A stretch of 64,000 nucleotides of DNA, from positions 20,772,001-20,836,000 of the forward strand of contig CM052818.1 of NCBI GenBank assembly GCA_028534125.1. The letters are read 5' to 3'. Of the stretch, positions 51,669 through 64,000 are shown piece by piece (position 1 is the first letter of the stretch; each line of letters opens with the position of its first letter). The translations under genes and the position numbers were made by a program. The notes beneath the pieces were generated by a model, which did not search any database, was not told where the DNA came from, and saw only the letters and a program-made list of their open reading frames with translations. Origin of the DNA: Lama glama. Its lineage: Eukaryota.

Positions 51669-52919
51669 AACCATTTAGACCTCCCATTCCACACAGGGAG
51701 TAGCTGCCCTTTTCCCACCTTTGTGGAAGACTGGGGACTTGTTCTCTAGAGAGGGTTAAATGTCCTCTCTGGAGGACATGTGTTACAAGTGAAAGTGGGG
51801 ATACCTACTGAAAAAAGAGGGATTAAATAATTTTTTGCATGCTGTTGTAGATCCTTAGAGAAGACTAAATCTTCCTTGCAGAAGATTAGGGGATTCTGAC
51901 CAACACAAGAGAAGATACCTAAATAAACTGAGATCAGAAATTCACAAAAGAAATGTCCAAATTACCCTATAGTGAAGCCCACAAAACTCACCTTTCAGCA
52001 AAGCCCCTACAGTCAGCTTTCTAGTACCCTGTGCCTGTTGGAAAGTTAAGGGTCACTTAACACGTAAGGAAAATTTATACCAAGACAGATGCCAAATATG
52101 GGGCAGGGAGTGAGGTATGCTACGTGGAAGAAATAGAGACTATAGAAAGAAGAAGAATAAAGAAAAAGCTTGATATCCTTAGAGAAAAGATATTTCATTC
52201 ATTTAAGGGTATATTTACATAAAGTGAAATTCATCCTTTTTAGGTACATCATCTATGAATTTTAAAAAGCTTGTACTAGTCAGGTAATCACAACCCTCAC
52301 CACCACAGTCAAGATTAGAATATTTACATCAGATCATCTGATTTGTCAGCTTCTTACTAAAAAATGTAAATACTAAGATTATAATAGATATGCATTACCA
52401 CCATTAAAATACATTTTAATAAGCTTTTTAGTGGAAAAATTCTAATTTGGAGTTGAATGAAATGAGAAAGAATGGAGGTTTTACTTATCTTCCTCTTTTG
52501 CTGTCTGGTAGCAAAGGAAAGTATAAAATGATGTGAGTATTGGACTTTAAAAATAAAAATTTCTACTTTGATATTCTTAGATAATAGAATAAGGCAGATT
52601 TTAAAGAGAACATAGTTAAGATTCTAAGTATTTCGTGGAACTGAAGGCTAAGCCCCACAGAACCCCTTTATATGAGACACATTGTGAATGAGGGGGAAAT
52701 GTTGCTTCAGTGCTGCTACGTATGGCTGTGTACCCTGTACAACTTGCCTAACCATATGAGGTAGCTTTGGGCGCTTACCTTTTAGGATGATAACCTTCAC
52801 TCAGTCTGCGTTCCCTTCTCCTACTTTTGGTGTAACTAACAGTTTTTTTCCTCTCATGCTTAACTTTTGTCTCAGTATCACTTACTGTCTTCCTTTTCCC
52901 ATTGTGTTTCACTACCTCT

Positions 52920-53490
52920 TAACGAATTACCATGTGTTAAAAACTAAATTCCTATGTGTATATTTTTACCTTATTTCTTGGTCTGTGTAGTCTGCCACAA
53001 TGCAAGACTCTCTCAATTATTGTGGCTTATAATATGACTTGCTTTAGTCCTTTTTTAAAATTTCATTTTTCCTTATGCATTTCTTCCTTTGTATATAAAT
53101 TTTAGAGCCATTTAATTAATATTTTTAAAACTCTATAAAAATACAGTGAAATTCTGTAAAATTTATACCTTTGTCCTTGTTCTGCACATTTTTTTTTCTT
53201 ATAGACAGTAAATGGATTCTCCATGATATTTTCTTATTGGTTGTTAATGGGCATCTGGGAGCATCAATTTTTGTCTGAGTGTCTCGAAATCAGCCAACTG
53301 ATTGAAATCTTACTAGCTCTGATGTTTTTTCAGTTGACTTGCTTGGGTTTTCTAGATAGACAGACATCATCTGCCAATAATAATAAATAATCTGATTTCT
53401 GTCTTTTCAGTAATTATACCTTCTTTCTTTTCTCTTCCAATTATATTAACTAGAATTTCCTGAATGGTGGCAAATAGTAGCAATGATACA
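52920..53490 (-). mobile_element. Old L1ME ORF2 fragment
   Basis: cttgggttttctagatagacagacatcatctgccaataat and ctagaatttcctgaatggtggcaaatagtagcaatgata. Confidence 0.6.
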
Positions 53491-53569
53491 GAGAAATAAT
53501 GACATCATATGTGGGCAAAATAGTCAATATTTGCCATACATTGCGACATACTGCATTTAAAAATATGCA

Positions 53570-54160
53570 ACAGCTTCATTGAGATATAATTTACATAGCA
53601 TACAATTTACCTTTTTGAAGTGTATGTTAGCATTTTTTAACATAGTAAGAGTTGTGAAACTATTGCCACTATCTAATTTTAAAACCAGTTTCATCTCCCC
53701 AAATAGAAATCCCAAACCCATTAACCGTCAGTCCTCCTTCCCCTCTTCTTCCTAATCCCTGGAAAACACTAATCTAGTTTCTGTCTATATGGACTTGCCT
53801 ATTGTGGATATTTCATATAAGTGGAATCATTACTGTATGGTCTTTTGTGACTGACTGGCTTCTTTCACTTAGCGTAGTGTTTTCAAAGTTCACTCATGTT
53901 GCATAGCACGTATGAGCACCTCATTTCTTTTTATTGCCAAATAATTTACCATTGTATGGGTATGTCATGTTTTGTTTATCCATTTATCAGTTGTTGGATA
54001 TTTTGGTTGCTTTCACTTTTTTGGCTATTATGAATAATGCCACTGTGAACATTCATGTACAAGATTTTATGTGGACATATGTTTTCATTTCTTTTGAGTA
54101 GTACCTAGGAGTAAAGACTTGGGGACATATGGTGACTGTGTTTAACATGTTCCAGAAGTC
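53570..54160 (-). mobile_element. L1MB-type 3' UTR
   Basis: cagcttcattgagatataatttacatagcatacaatttacc, ggatatttcatataagtggaatcat and ggctattatgaataatgc. Confidence 0.9.
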
Positions 54161-55136
54161 TTTTTGACTTCTTTTACTATATTTTCCTCACCATTCATTC
54201 TCTGCCTCTTTCATCATTTCCTCCTTCTCTTTTCTATCTCAAGATGTAAATGTACCCCACGTTTTAGGCCATACCTCTCATTCTGTCTTCATTTTCTTTA
54301 TCAGCAATCTGTTCAACTCCTTTTGCCTGATCTACTTATCTATTTCTTACTTTCAGAAACCTGATCATTCTCAACCTACAAGTTTGCATTATTACTGTCT
54401 ATTGCATGACCCTTTTCTTGGCTATCCTGCCAGGAGGAAAACAGCACCACCTCTCAAAAACCTGAGCATACTACTTTTCGAATTCTACTTTAAACATTGT
54501 TCATCTCTCTCCCTCCTCCTGCCCCCCAGCTCTTCCATGCTTGAGTTTTTATGCTACATAGAATGAACAACATCTGGAAAGGAAATGCCAATTCTAGAAA
54601 TATTAGAATCTATGTCGAGGGTTGTTTATTGGGGACATTGTAACTCCAGAAGCCCTTGGGACATTGTAGAATTAATATGTCATTTAGAAGCCATCGTTTT
54701 CAATCCATTGTTGCTGATATTTAGCAATATAAGGATGAATAAAAGATACACTAGTAGTGAACTATTAGAAGGGAATCCAGTAGAAAATAGTTCAAAATCC
54801 TTTTGTGTATTTCAGAAATTTAAAAATATGCGATCTACTCACATTTATCAAATTATACAGTTGTGCTAACCAGTTTCTAAGTTTAGATTTTCATAATGTT
54901 GGTTTTCCTGAAGGTTTAGATTTGAGATACTTAACTATTATTGATATACTTTTATTGAATTTTTAATATTGCCTTCCTACACAGTACATGTTCTGATACC
55001 TCTTACCTTAACTTGGTTTACTGCTGTGGGTTGTTGTTGTTCTTCTGAATCTGAAGGTATTTTGGCAATGTATGTATTTGTTTGAAAATCATTCTTATTG
55101 TATTAAATATATAAAGGCTAGAATAAAGAAATAATA

Positions 55137-55795
55137 CAGTTGTCTTTTGATATGGACAGGAGATTGGTTCTAGGACCACTCACAGATACCAAAAATCCAA
55201 GGGTGCTCAAATCCCTTTTATAAAATGGTGTAATATTTGCATATAAACCTGTGCACACCCTCCAATATACTTTAAATCATCTCTAAATTACTTATAATAC
55301 CTAATACAATGTAAATTTTATGTAAACAGTTGTAAGTGAAATGTAAATAGTTGCCTAGAGCAGCAAATTCATGTTTTGCTTTTTGGAACTTTCTGGGACT
55401 TTTTTCCCAATTTTTTTCCTCTTAATTGAGATACAGTCAGCTACAATGTGTCAGGTTCTGGTGTACAGCATTCTTTCCTTGTCATACATATTTGTTTTCA
55501 TATTCTTTTTCATTAAAGGTTATTACAAAATAGTGAATATAGTTCCCTGTGCTATACAGAAATTTGTTTTTTATCTATTTTTATATATAGTGGTTATCAT
55601 TTACAAATCTCAGACTCCTAAATTTATCCCTTCCCACCTCCTTTCCCCTGGTAACCATAAAATTGTTTACTCTGTCTGAGAGTCTGTTTCTGTTTTGTAG
55701 ATGAGTTTATTAGTGTCCTCTTTTTTCCCAATATTTTTGATACATGGTTGGTTGAATCTGTGGATGTGAAGCCCACAGATGCGGGGGACTGACTC
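55137..55795. mobile_element. MER2 (TcMar-Tigger) DNA transposon split by an L1 insertion
   Basis: TA-flanked; gattggttctaggacc...gataccaaaaatcc...tactttaaatcatctctaaattacttataatacctaatacaatgtaaat...ggttggttgaatctgtggatgtgaagcccacagat. Confidence 0.88.
55412..55719 (-). mobile_element. Young 5'-truncated L1 3' end with a perfect 13-bp TSD
   Basis: cttttttcccaat at 55399-55411 and 55720-55732; internal aatatagttccctgtgctataca and cccctggtaaccataa. Confidence 0.9.
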
Positions 55796-56603
55796 TATTT
55801 GCTTTTAGAGGATATCAGGTATTTCTCTGGTGGCATAAATTTTCAACGTGTGACTATAAATGTGGTTCTTAGAGGAAACCAATTCTCCTATAACTTGCAA
55901 TGCTTACACTAGTTAACCTTTCGTGAGATTTGGTAAGAAAAGTATATATGAAGGCCTTGGAATCCCCATCACTGCTGTGGGAGAAATAGGCAGATTGTAA
56001 GACACCAGCTTGTTTTTCTCTAAGCTTGCTTTGCAAACTACCATTGTCACTATATGTTTGAAGTTATAGAAGATATGAAAAAGACTTGAGTGACCGTGCA
56101 GTGAACTTGATGTTCACAGTAGATCTTATCTCTGGTGAGAGGTGGTACAAATCAGTGACTGGAGAATCTGATAGTCACTTCTAAGAGGTGGCTGCTTTTG
56201 CTAGACCTTGAACTGTGTAACATGAAAACAGGCATGGGATTTCCTTTGATGGCCTTAGTGCTTTCATTTAATGAATTTATATTTCATCCAACCTTTTATA
56301 TAAGTGGGTGACACTGACTAGCTTTCATGGGTTTAGAAAATGAAAGCTGTTCAGATGTAAACACTCAGTGTCACTGTGCTACTGGGGAAAAAGAAGAGCT
56401 GCCTTTAGAAGTATCCTTAAGATCATATTAAATTTATTTTCTCTAACTGAATCTATTTTATGAGCTAAATTAGTTATGAGATTTTGTTAATAACATTTGG
56501 TTAAAAAATGACAAAATCATGATACAAATAAAGGAATGTTTGAAGTTAACTCTCAAGTCTCTTAAATACAGAATGTGATGGTTGAGGAAAGGATGTAATT
56601 AGG

Positions 56604-56607
<4 letters not shown>

Positions 56608-56648
<41 letters not shown>
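56608..56648. repeat. (TG)20 microsatellite
   Basis: Uninterrupted dinucleotide repeat. Confidence 0.97.
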
Positions 56649-56650
<2 letters not shown>

Positions 56651-57234
56651 GGAAGAAGCAGTTGGGACACAGATCACTTTACAAACTAACCTAATATTTA
56701 AGGCAATACAAGTGTATTCATTAGCCAGCTGACTTGATCCCTGGTTGCAATAAGATATGATTCTGTCATTTACTCATGATGATCAGAATCTAGTCCTAAT
56801 GAGCATATTTGACATACAGATGTGTATCATGTTTATAATAATGCAGGATTATTTAAAAGTAAAACAAACATCTACTTGTTCTTTAAAGTGTGAGGTGCCC
56901 TGCTATGCTGTATTTAAAGAATAAACTGGTAATTGTGTAAATATAGCAACTAAGTGGGGGTTTTTGTTTGTTTGTTTTTCCAAATATATAACCCTACCAA
57001 TGTGTTCATGTTCAGGAATGCCTAGTAGAGTTCTGGTGACATAATTAATCCTGAAATTTTATATTTAGTTTTTGTGTGAAAGAAAAGGGAATTTTGAAAC
57101 TTGGTGAAATCTTGGTCTTCTGGTGGGAGGAATGAAGAGGGTAACTATTTGCATTATGAATAACTAACATAGTAATTATCTGGATACTGCTTTTCACATT
57201 AAGCCATACTTGTTTTCTGATTCTGTTTTTTCAG

Positions 57235-57317
57235 TTTCCATAGCAAGGCGTGTACAAGACCCATTAGCTGAGCTGGTGAAAATTGAGCCGAAGCACATTG
57301 GAGTTGGAATGTATCAG
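57235..57317 (+). CDS. SRBD1: SRBD1 coding exon (83 nt)
   Basis: Acceptor ttctgttttttcag|, donor cag|gtaaag; translates (V)[27 protein letters not shown], a hallmark Tex-family motif. Confidence 0.97.
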
Positions 57318-58069
57318 GTAAAGCAATGTGGATCATTTAATTTATGAAATCCATCAATACAGAGAGCAGTACTCAAAACTTGGCTTCGTAATTAAGTGTC
57401 AGTGGGAATAAGTCCCCGTTTTCAAAGGTTATACAGTTTGTGGGAAGGTAGTTAGGTGTTACAGGTTATTCGGGAAGAAGGGAATTTTTTTTTCCTGGTG
57501 TTTAGGACTTTGATAAGACTTAGAATTGACCGTAATCAGTTTAGACTATTAAAACATTAGATATGGCTAGTAACTTAATCTGGAGAGTCTTTTAACATTA
57601 TTTATAAGAATGGAGAGGCTATGGAGAAAGGGTGGTATGTTGGCTCTTTGTGTAAACCAGTTTGAACTATTGATCTTCATTGATCTTTCAGAAGGAAGCC
57701 TTTCGTATCTATGGTGACTCTTTCCCTCCTGTTTTTCATTCTTACTTGATTATTATAGTTAGTTTTTGGTCAGTACCCAGTATGGGCTAAAACCTTTCAT
57801 TTTTGTTGCTGTGTAACAGTAATAGTGCTTATTATTGTTGTTACTGTATTTTCAGTTTTTGAGTATTTTCATTGGGCAATTGAGGACAGCACTACATCTT
57901 GTCAAAATGAATCTATATTAGCTTAAGTAATCTCCAGAAACCTCAAGGTGAATTATTTTCTCTTTGATGAAAGTTCTTCTTAAGCCTGAAATAGAATATT
58001 ACCCTCTGTATAATTTTCATGAGATTTGAGTGATAGGTACTGTAGTTTCTCTAAGGAAATATTATATTA

Positions 58070-58900
58070 GGTCATGGAATCCGTGGCCACTAGAAATGGA
58101 AGAGATCTTTGAGATCATACAACCCTAGCCTCCTCATTTGGCAGAAAAAGAGGACTACTCTGTGTCCTAGAGTTGTTAGCATTTGCATTTTTACCCAGGG
58201 TCCCACTGGCAAAGCCTAGACTAACCTGACGTATATTGGGACATAACTGGGAGTATTCCCGCTTTATAGCAAGTTAGACTAAGAGATGTCCAGACCTTCA
58301 GCTCAACTTGTTCATTTGGCCGGGGTGATTGCTGAAGGGTGTAATCTAGCTACAGACAGATAAAATCCCTGCTATCTAAAGAGTACACCTGTTGCAGTTT
58401 TATGATATAGGCGTTATAGTTAAGAGAAATTATAGCTATATTAATTCAAGAAGAAGTTATGTAATGCATCAGCAAAGTAGTGGAATGAAGGAAAGGGAAA
58501 GTCAAACTTTTACAGAACTCAGGAGGCTAATAACCTATTGGCATCAAAGAGGCCTTTGAGTAAATAGCAGGGACCTAGTTTCCAGATTTGGACTGAGAGA
58601 TAGCTTTTAACGTGAAAAAGTTTGGAATTCATTCCAACAGCAGTGAGAAGTAATATAAGAGTTTTAAGCAGGGGAATGACGTGATCTGATTTGTATTTTT
58701 AAACATCAACTCTGACTCCAGGTGAAAAATGATGGTGGTTTGGAAAAAGTTAATGGCAGTAGAAATGGAAAGTTAAACCTATTTTGTAGGGACTACTTGA
58801 TGAAAAGTGAGGGAAAAGGGGTTGTGAAGAATTTACTCCAAGGGTCCTGGTCTATGGAAGATGCCTGAGCAGAGCAGATTTGGTGAGGGATATCCAAAAC
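58070..58900 (-). mobile_element. MIR fragments followed by degraded L2
   Basis: ctagaaatggaagagatctttgagatcatacaaccctagcctcctcattt (MIR3-like); gagttttaagcaggggaatgacgtgatctgatttgtatttttaaa (L2). Confidence 0.65.
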
Positions 58901-59199
58901 TCCAAATTCCATAAGGGGACAGAAAAGCTGTGTGTGTATATCTGTACCTATATAAACACTCCCTTATATGAGTAAATTGATAATAGTCTAGGAAAACAAG
59001 AAAGGATCCCATCAGTGGATAGAAATTTCAGGAATTATTGAAAGATATTAAGCATGAGGAATCACACGCACAGAAAAATGAAATTTGGTGGAGCCACACC
59101 GAGCAATATGTAGATCAACAGTGTCCTGAAGCCAGAGTCATATTCAGGTAGTGGTAAGGGGGCCTGGAATATTAGATAAGGAGGTACATATAGAGTGGC

Positions 59200-61150
59200 T
59201 AGGCCCATGGTGACCCCCTCTCCCTCAATATTCTGTGAATCCAAACTAAAGCACTGAGTATAACACAGAGGCTGGAGAGGATGGGAGATCCCTCAGGTAG
59301 CCTTTGATTGTCAGAAAGCTGAAGGAGTTTCTTCCTAGCAAGACAAACTCCTGACATGTACATGACAGCTGGTGTCATATCCCACATTTTGCACATTATC
59401 ACTTGAGACTCACGATGGTAAACAGAAACAGCATACACAGACAGACAAATAGGGACTCTGAAATGACCTTGCTACCAAGAATCAACAAATGTTTGAGGAG
59501 AATCTGTGATAGAAAAATGAGGCACCAAATTAAAAAAAAAAAATTAACACGCAGTGAAACAGTGAAAAGGCAACAGACTCTGAAATGAGTAAAATTAACA
59601 TTCACAGATAAGAGAGGTCATTAGATTTCTTAAACAAATACGGGATAGAATGAAATTAAACCAATCTAAGAATTTTAAAATATGATTGTTAAAATTAAAA
59701 AAAAAAACACATAAACAGGGGAAATAGAGTGGACACAGCTAAAAGCAAATTAATGAATTGGAAGGTGTAGCTAAGAGACTCTTTAGAATGCAGTCAAATT
59801 GGAAAAGGTGGAAAGGATGAACAAAAAAATCATGTGATGTAGAGCGCCTTCTAGATCTTCAACATTCATCTAATAGAAGATTCAAATTAACAGGAGAGGA
59901 GGGGAGGAGTTATAATCACAGAAACAATAGGATGAAATTTCTTCAAACTGAAGATAGACAAGTTTCTTGAAAAGGCCTAATGAATACTGAATAAAAGAGT
60001 AACAGAAGACCTACACTCAGATGCCTTCCTGTGAAATTTCAGAATGCTAGTAATAAGGAGGGAACTGACTAAAAGCTTCCGGAGAGCAAACATAGTTTAT
60101 CTACAGAGGAAAGAGTCAGGTTGACATCAGTCCTATTATTGGTAAAAACAAGTGCTAGAAGACAGAAATGCAGTAGTTTTGAAGTTGTGGGAAAATTTTA
60201 TTTTGAACTCATAATTCTATATTGAGGCAAACCAGCAATTCATTGTGAGAGGACAATAAAAACATTTCTGGATCTGTAATGATCCAGAATTGTTACAGAC
60301 AGTTCCGATTGTTACAGACCTTCTTTAAAAGAATATTTATGGATGTACTCCTGCCTAAAGCAGGGGGGTGGAGGGGATGGAGGTCCAAAGGAGGGAAAGG
60401 CATGTGGCAAGGAAACAGTATCAAGGTAAGGAAACAGTGGAGAGCTTTACAGTGCACAGGTGCCCAGTAAAATGTATCTGAATCATTGAGTCTGTTTTTA
60501 AACTATAATGTTTATCTTTATATTAACCTAGATCAGATCAACTCAACATAAGATGGTAGAAGAAAAAGAAGTGACAAAGTATTAGGATTCTTTTTCAGGA
60601 AAAAAGAGATAGAGATTAACTCTATAACTTTTTAGAAAAAGACAATCTGAAATATATGACTGATAATCACAAATAGGACATTCAGTGTAAATCATGAGTG
60701 AAAAATTTAAAGTTTACCATTGCAACCAAAGGCAGAGAAAAGAAAATAAGAAAGTATAATAGATAAATAAAATGTACAGTGACAAGAATAAGTATAGGTA
60801 ATAGGTAAAGGTGAAAGGGTTAAATTCCCCTATGAATAGAGTCTCAGACTTTTAAAAATAAAATACAGTGCTAAGCTTTATATATATAAGAGGTACTTCT
60901 AAAGGACAAAGCAGCCATAACATTTGAAATTTGGAGAAAAATATTCCACATGTATGAAAAAGTCAGCAATGTTAACATGAGATGAAGTAGAATTTAAGGC
61001 AAAATGCATTAAAAAGGTCAAAGAGGGTATTTCATATTAATTATAGATACAGTATCCCAAGAAGGTATAATTGCCCTGAGCATTCTCTGTTATCTAACAA
61101 CATAATTTCAAAAAATATGCACTATTAAAACCTTCTAAAAACAAGAAACA
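59200..61150 (+). mobile_element. Old L1ME-type element: 5' region, degraded ORF1 and ORF2 start
   Basis: A-rich ORF1-like motifs (gtgaaatttcagaatgct, ctaaaagcttcc, gctagaagacag) and EN-like gatgaagtagaatttaaggcaaaa...aaagagggtatttcatatta. Confidence 0.7.
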
Positions 61151-61199
61151 GGTTTACTTTTTTTTGGAGAAGTTTTAATAGACCACAGTATAACAACAC

Positions 61200-61520
61200 A
61201 TTTTTTAAAAACCTTTATTGAGATATAATTACATACCATACATACATACATAAATTCACCCACTTAAAGTATACAAAGTCAGTGATTTCTAGTATATTCA
61301 TAGGGTTGTGAAGCTTTACCACTAATTTTTGAACATTTTCATCACTCCAAAAAGAAACCATTAGCAGTCACTCTCCAGTGCTCCCTCCTTCCCCAGTCCT
61401 GTGCAACTACTACTCTATTTTCTGTTTCTGTAGATTTGTCTGTTCTGGATATTTCATATAAATGGAATTATACAATATGTGTCCTTTGGTGACTGGCTTC
61501 TTTCCTTTCGCATAATGTTA
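61200..61520 (-). mobile_element. L1MB-type 3' end
   Basis: ctttattgagatataattacataccata, ccattagcagtcactctcc and ggatatttcatataaatggaattatacaatatgtg. Confidence 0.9.
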
Positions 61521-64000
61521 TTTCTAGCAAATAGTTAATACCTATCAAGATGCACGTTTTTAAAAAATTATCCTTTTGACCTGGTAATTCTTCCTTTAGG
61601 AGTCTCTTCTAAGCCAATGAGAAGATGTACTTCTAAGATTCACTTAAACTGCAGTAAAGTTGTTGATACAGAATAAAAACCAGTTTGTGTTTTAAAACTA
61701 GAGATACGCATTTACACTGAAGAAAAAAATGCCTGGCTGGAGACTGATATTTCTATCTTTGGTGTGATGTAGGGATTTTTATCTTCTTCTCTTCTACTTT
61801 TTTTCAAACTTTCTCTAGTGATTATATATTAGGAAAATTTGTTGTGAAATAAATATCCTTTTCTATTTCCCAGCCAATGGGCCACTTAATTTTAAGCTTT
61901 GATATAATTGACTTTCAGTACAACCAGAGTGGGACTGGCTTTCTTTTTAGCTGGGACCTTTAATGCTTTTAGTATATATTTAATACTTATATTTATGCTA
62001 ATTTAAATTATGAATAGCTGGACAAACATTGCTGATTTTAAAAACGAATACTGTTCAAAGAAAGAATATTAGTTAGATGAAATAATAGTAGCTATAATAT
62101 TATTTCAGTAGAATCTAAAATACTTTTGTTTTAATAACAGCTAAAATGCTAAAGGCAGTCCTCCAAATCTTGTCTTAGAAAATGGGGAGAGCTGATTTTA
62201 AAAACACATGCCTGTCATTATTTCTGGAGAGAGACGCAGCCAGTGTGGTCGAATGACAACATATCCCTAACTGACCCCTCAAGACGTTGCTGGAAAGTGG
62301 CTTGGTGTTACTCCCAAGAAAACACTCCAGAGTGAGAGCAGGATAATGCAGGGTTGGCTCTGCTGAGTTCTGTGGGACATGGGAAATGGTGGTTTAGCTT
62401 GGCCTTGTCATATCCTGAGAACACAACTTGAGTAAGTTGGATTTACTTGCTATTTATTTCGTCTTTGGACTATGTTTTAGATATATTCATGCTCATTAGC
62501 ACCTCTGTTTGTTAATGAGCCTGCGCGGGAAAGTAGGAAAGACAGAACAATCCCCTTTCCTCCTTTGTACCTCTCTGTTAGATCATTTGATGATATTAGA
62601 CAGTGAAGTGGTTTTCCAAAATGAGTTTCTGGAACCCTTAGTGGATTTTCTATATCCAGGCCATCTTTATTCCTCATTATTATGGATAATGAGGAGTCAC
62701 TGTAAAAGGAGAATCATCTTCCCAGATGAAATTTTTCATGGTAAAACCTCAGAGGTGGGAATTTGTATTTTATTTCCACGCCTCCTCTGTGGGATCAGTT
62801 CTGGACAAAGACAAAACAAAACAAAAAACCCAACTCTTCAGTGGTAATATTACTCTGTTAAAAACTATTTTATGGTTAATATTGTAGAGATTATGAAATA
62901 TTTTAATGTAGGTTTGTAAAAGGTAATAAGGTTCCTCATTTGTCCTATATTGTTTTTCCAAATCTTTTAAAACATTTTGATCCGTTAGTTATGTGTTACT
63001 GTGGAGTGGGATATAGAAAAGAGTCTGCTCCATGGATATTCACTTAGATGACTTCTACCTGGATTTTGCCCCCTGTACTAAAGCATTATTTTGAAATAGA
63101 TAAAACACAAAGGTGAAAGAGACATAGAGGAAATTGTTTTAAAAATCTGGCATTATTCACATAGATGAATTCCTTGCCAAAAATGTTTTTGCAATCTTGT
63201 CCCTGAACTCTCAAGTCCCAGGATATGGGCTGTACTTCAATCTCTGATTTACTAGGTGTTATGAATGAAATTCAAACTTAGCCTTGCAATTCAGGAATTT
63301 CATTTACTATTGACCATAACTGAGCTGTTTCTATAATTGAACAAAAACAATTAATTGTCCTTGACTGGGGGTATGAACTCATGTATTAGAATTTGCTAAT
63401 TATTCCTAAATTTAGAATTTTAAAATTTCTGTTCTGGGGTTTTTTTGTTTTTGTTTTTGTTTTTTTTCACTGCTGGATGAATTTTGCTTCTTATGTTGAA
63501 GTATATTGACTTTAGTTTTCTCAGGTTCTTAGAAATCACTGACAGTGTAATAAGCCATGTACATGTATACATATCCTGGTAGAACACCATTACTTATCTT
63601 TAAAAGAAATGTGAAATTTTAGTGTGATTTGAAAAACCTTTTACCAACAATACCTTAAATTATTAACAATGAAGTATCTAATTTCCTGTATCTTTTGTTT
63701 GCTTACTCTTTGTATGACATTGACCTTGGACAATGAAACTAGATCAATTTCAGTTTCTACTTAAGTTCACCTTCTGGTTTTCATACACCAGCACAAAAGT
63801 CACTGTTAGGATTTCTAAAACTTTAAGGTATTTTCATGGTGTTTAAAACTAGGATTATCGTGTATGATTGAAAAAAATTTATAACATTAAAGGTACTACC
63901 ATAAAGGAAAAGATTATTAAGTTCTACTGCATTAGAATCTAAAACATCTCTGAATAATACATAGAAAATCCACAGACAAGGAGAAGTTATTTACATCACA

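Noticed and set aside
164..62961. Short ORFs in the six-frame track
   Set aside because: They are 60-140 aa, often compositionally biased and lack domain motifs; many lie in repeats. Only 47684..47872 overlaps an SRBD1 exon in the coding frame.
1..64000. A novel protein-coding, prokaryote-like or CRISPR-type system
   Set aside because: No operon structure, long ORFs or repeat-spacer arrays. The Tex-like peptides are spliced exons of the known gene SRBD1, not a bacterial insert.
57318..64000. Next SRBD1 exon
   Set aside because: I found no acceptor-flanked segment continuing the Tex-like sequence after GVGMYQ; the next exon is presumably beyond the window.

Overview
AT-rich, CpG-depleted mammalian genomic DNA. 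It is very likely camelid, because a Vic-1-type tRNA-derived SINE is present and I saw no Alu, Bov-A/BovB or PRE-1 elements. The whole window lies inside one + strand gene, SRBD1 (eukaryotic homologue of bacterial Tex). Six GT-AG exons (916-1023, 4420-4577, 7676-7766, 8473-8580, 47719-47810, 57235-57317; 640 nt, all phases compatible) encode about 213 aa spanning the YqgF/RNase H-like region. The rest is intronic: L1, L2, L3/CR1, MIR, LTR and DNA-transposon fossils (several nested), microsatellites and repeat-poor stretches with enhancer-like features. Almost all ORF-track entries are spurious. I found no convincing new protein-coding system. The best leads are non-coding and sit in the 39.1-kb intron. 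They are a consensus polypyrimidine-AG|GTGAGT junction near its midpoint (recursive-splice site or micro-exon), candidate poison exons, a palindrome cluster just after a donor site, a CpG-retaining element with a GC-rich hairpin, and a CTCF-like motif. Repeat family names come from recognition by eye, and their boundaries are approximate.
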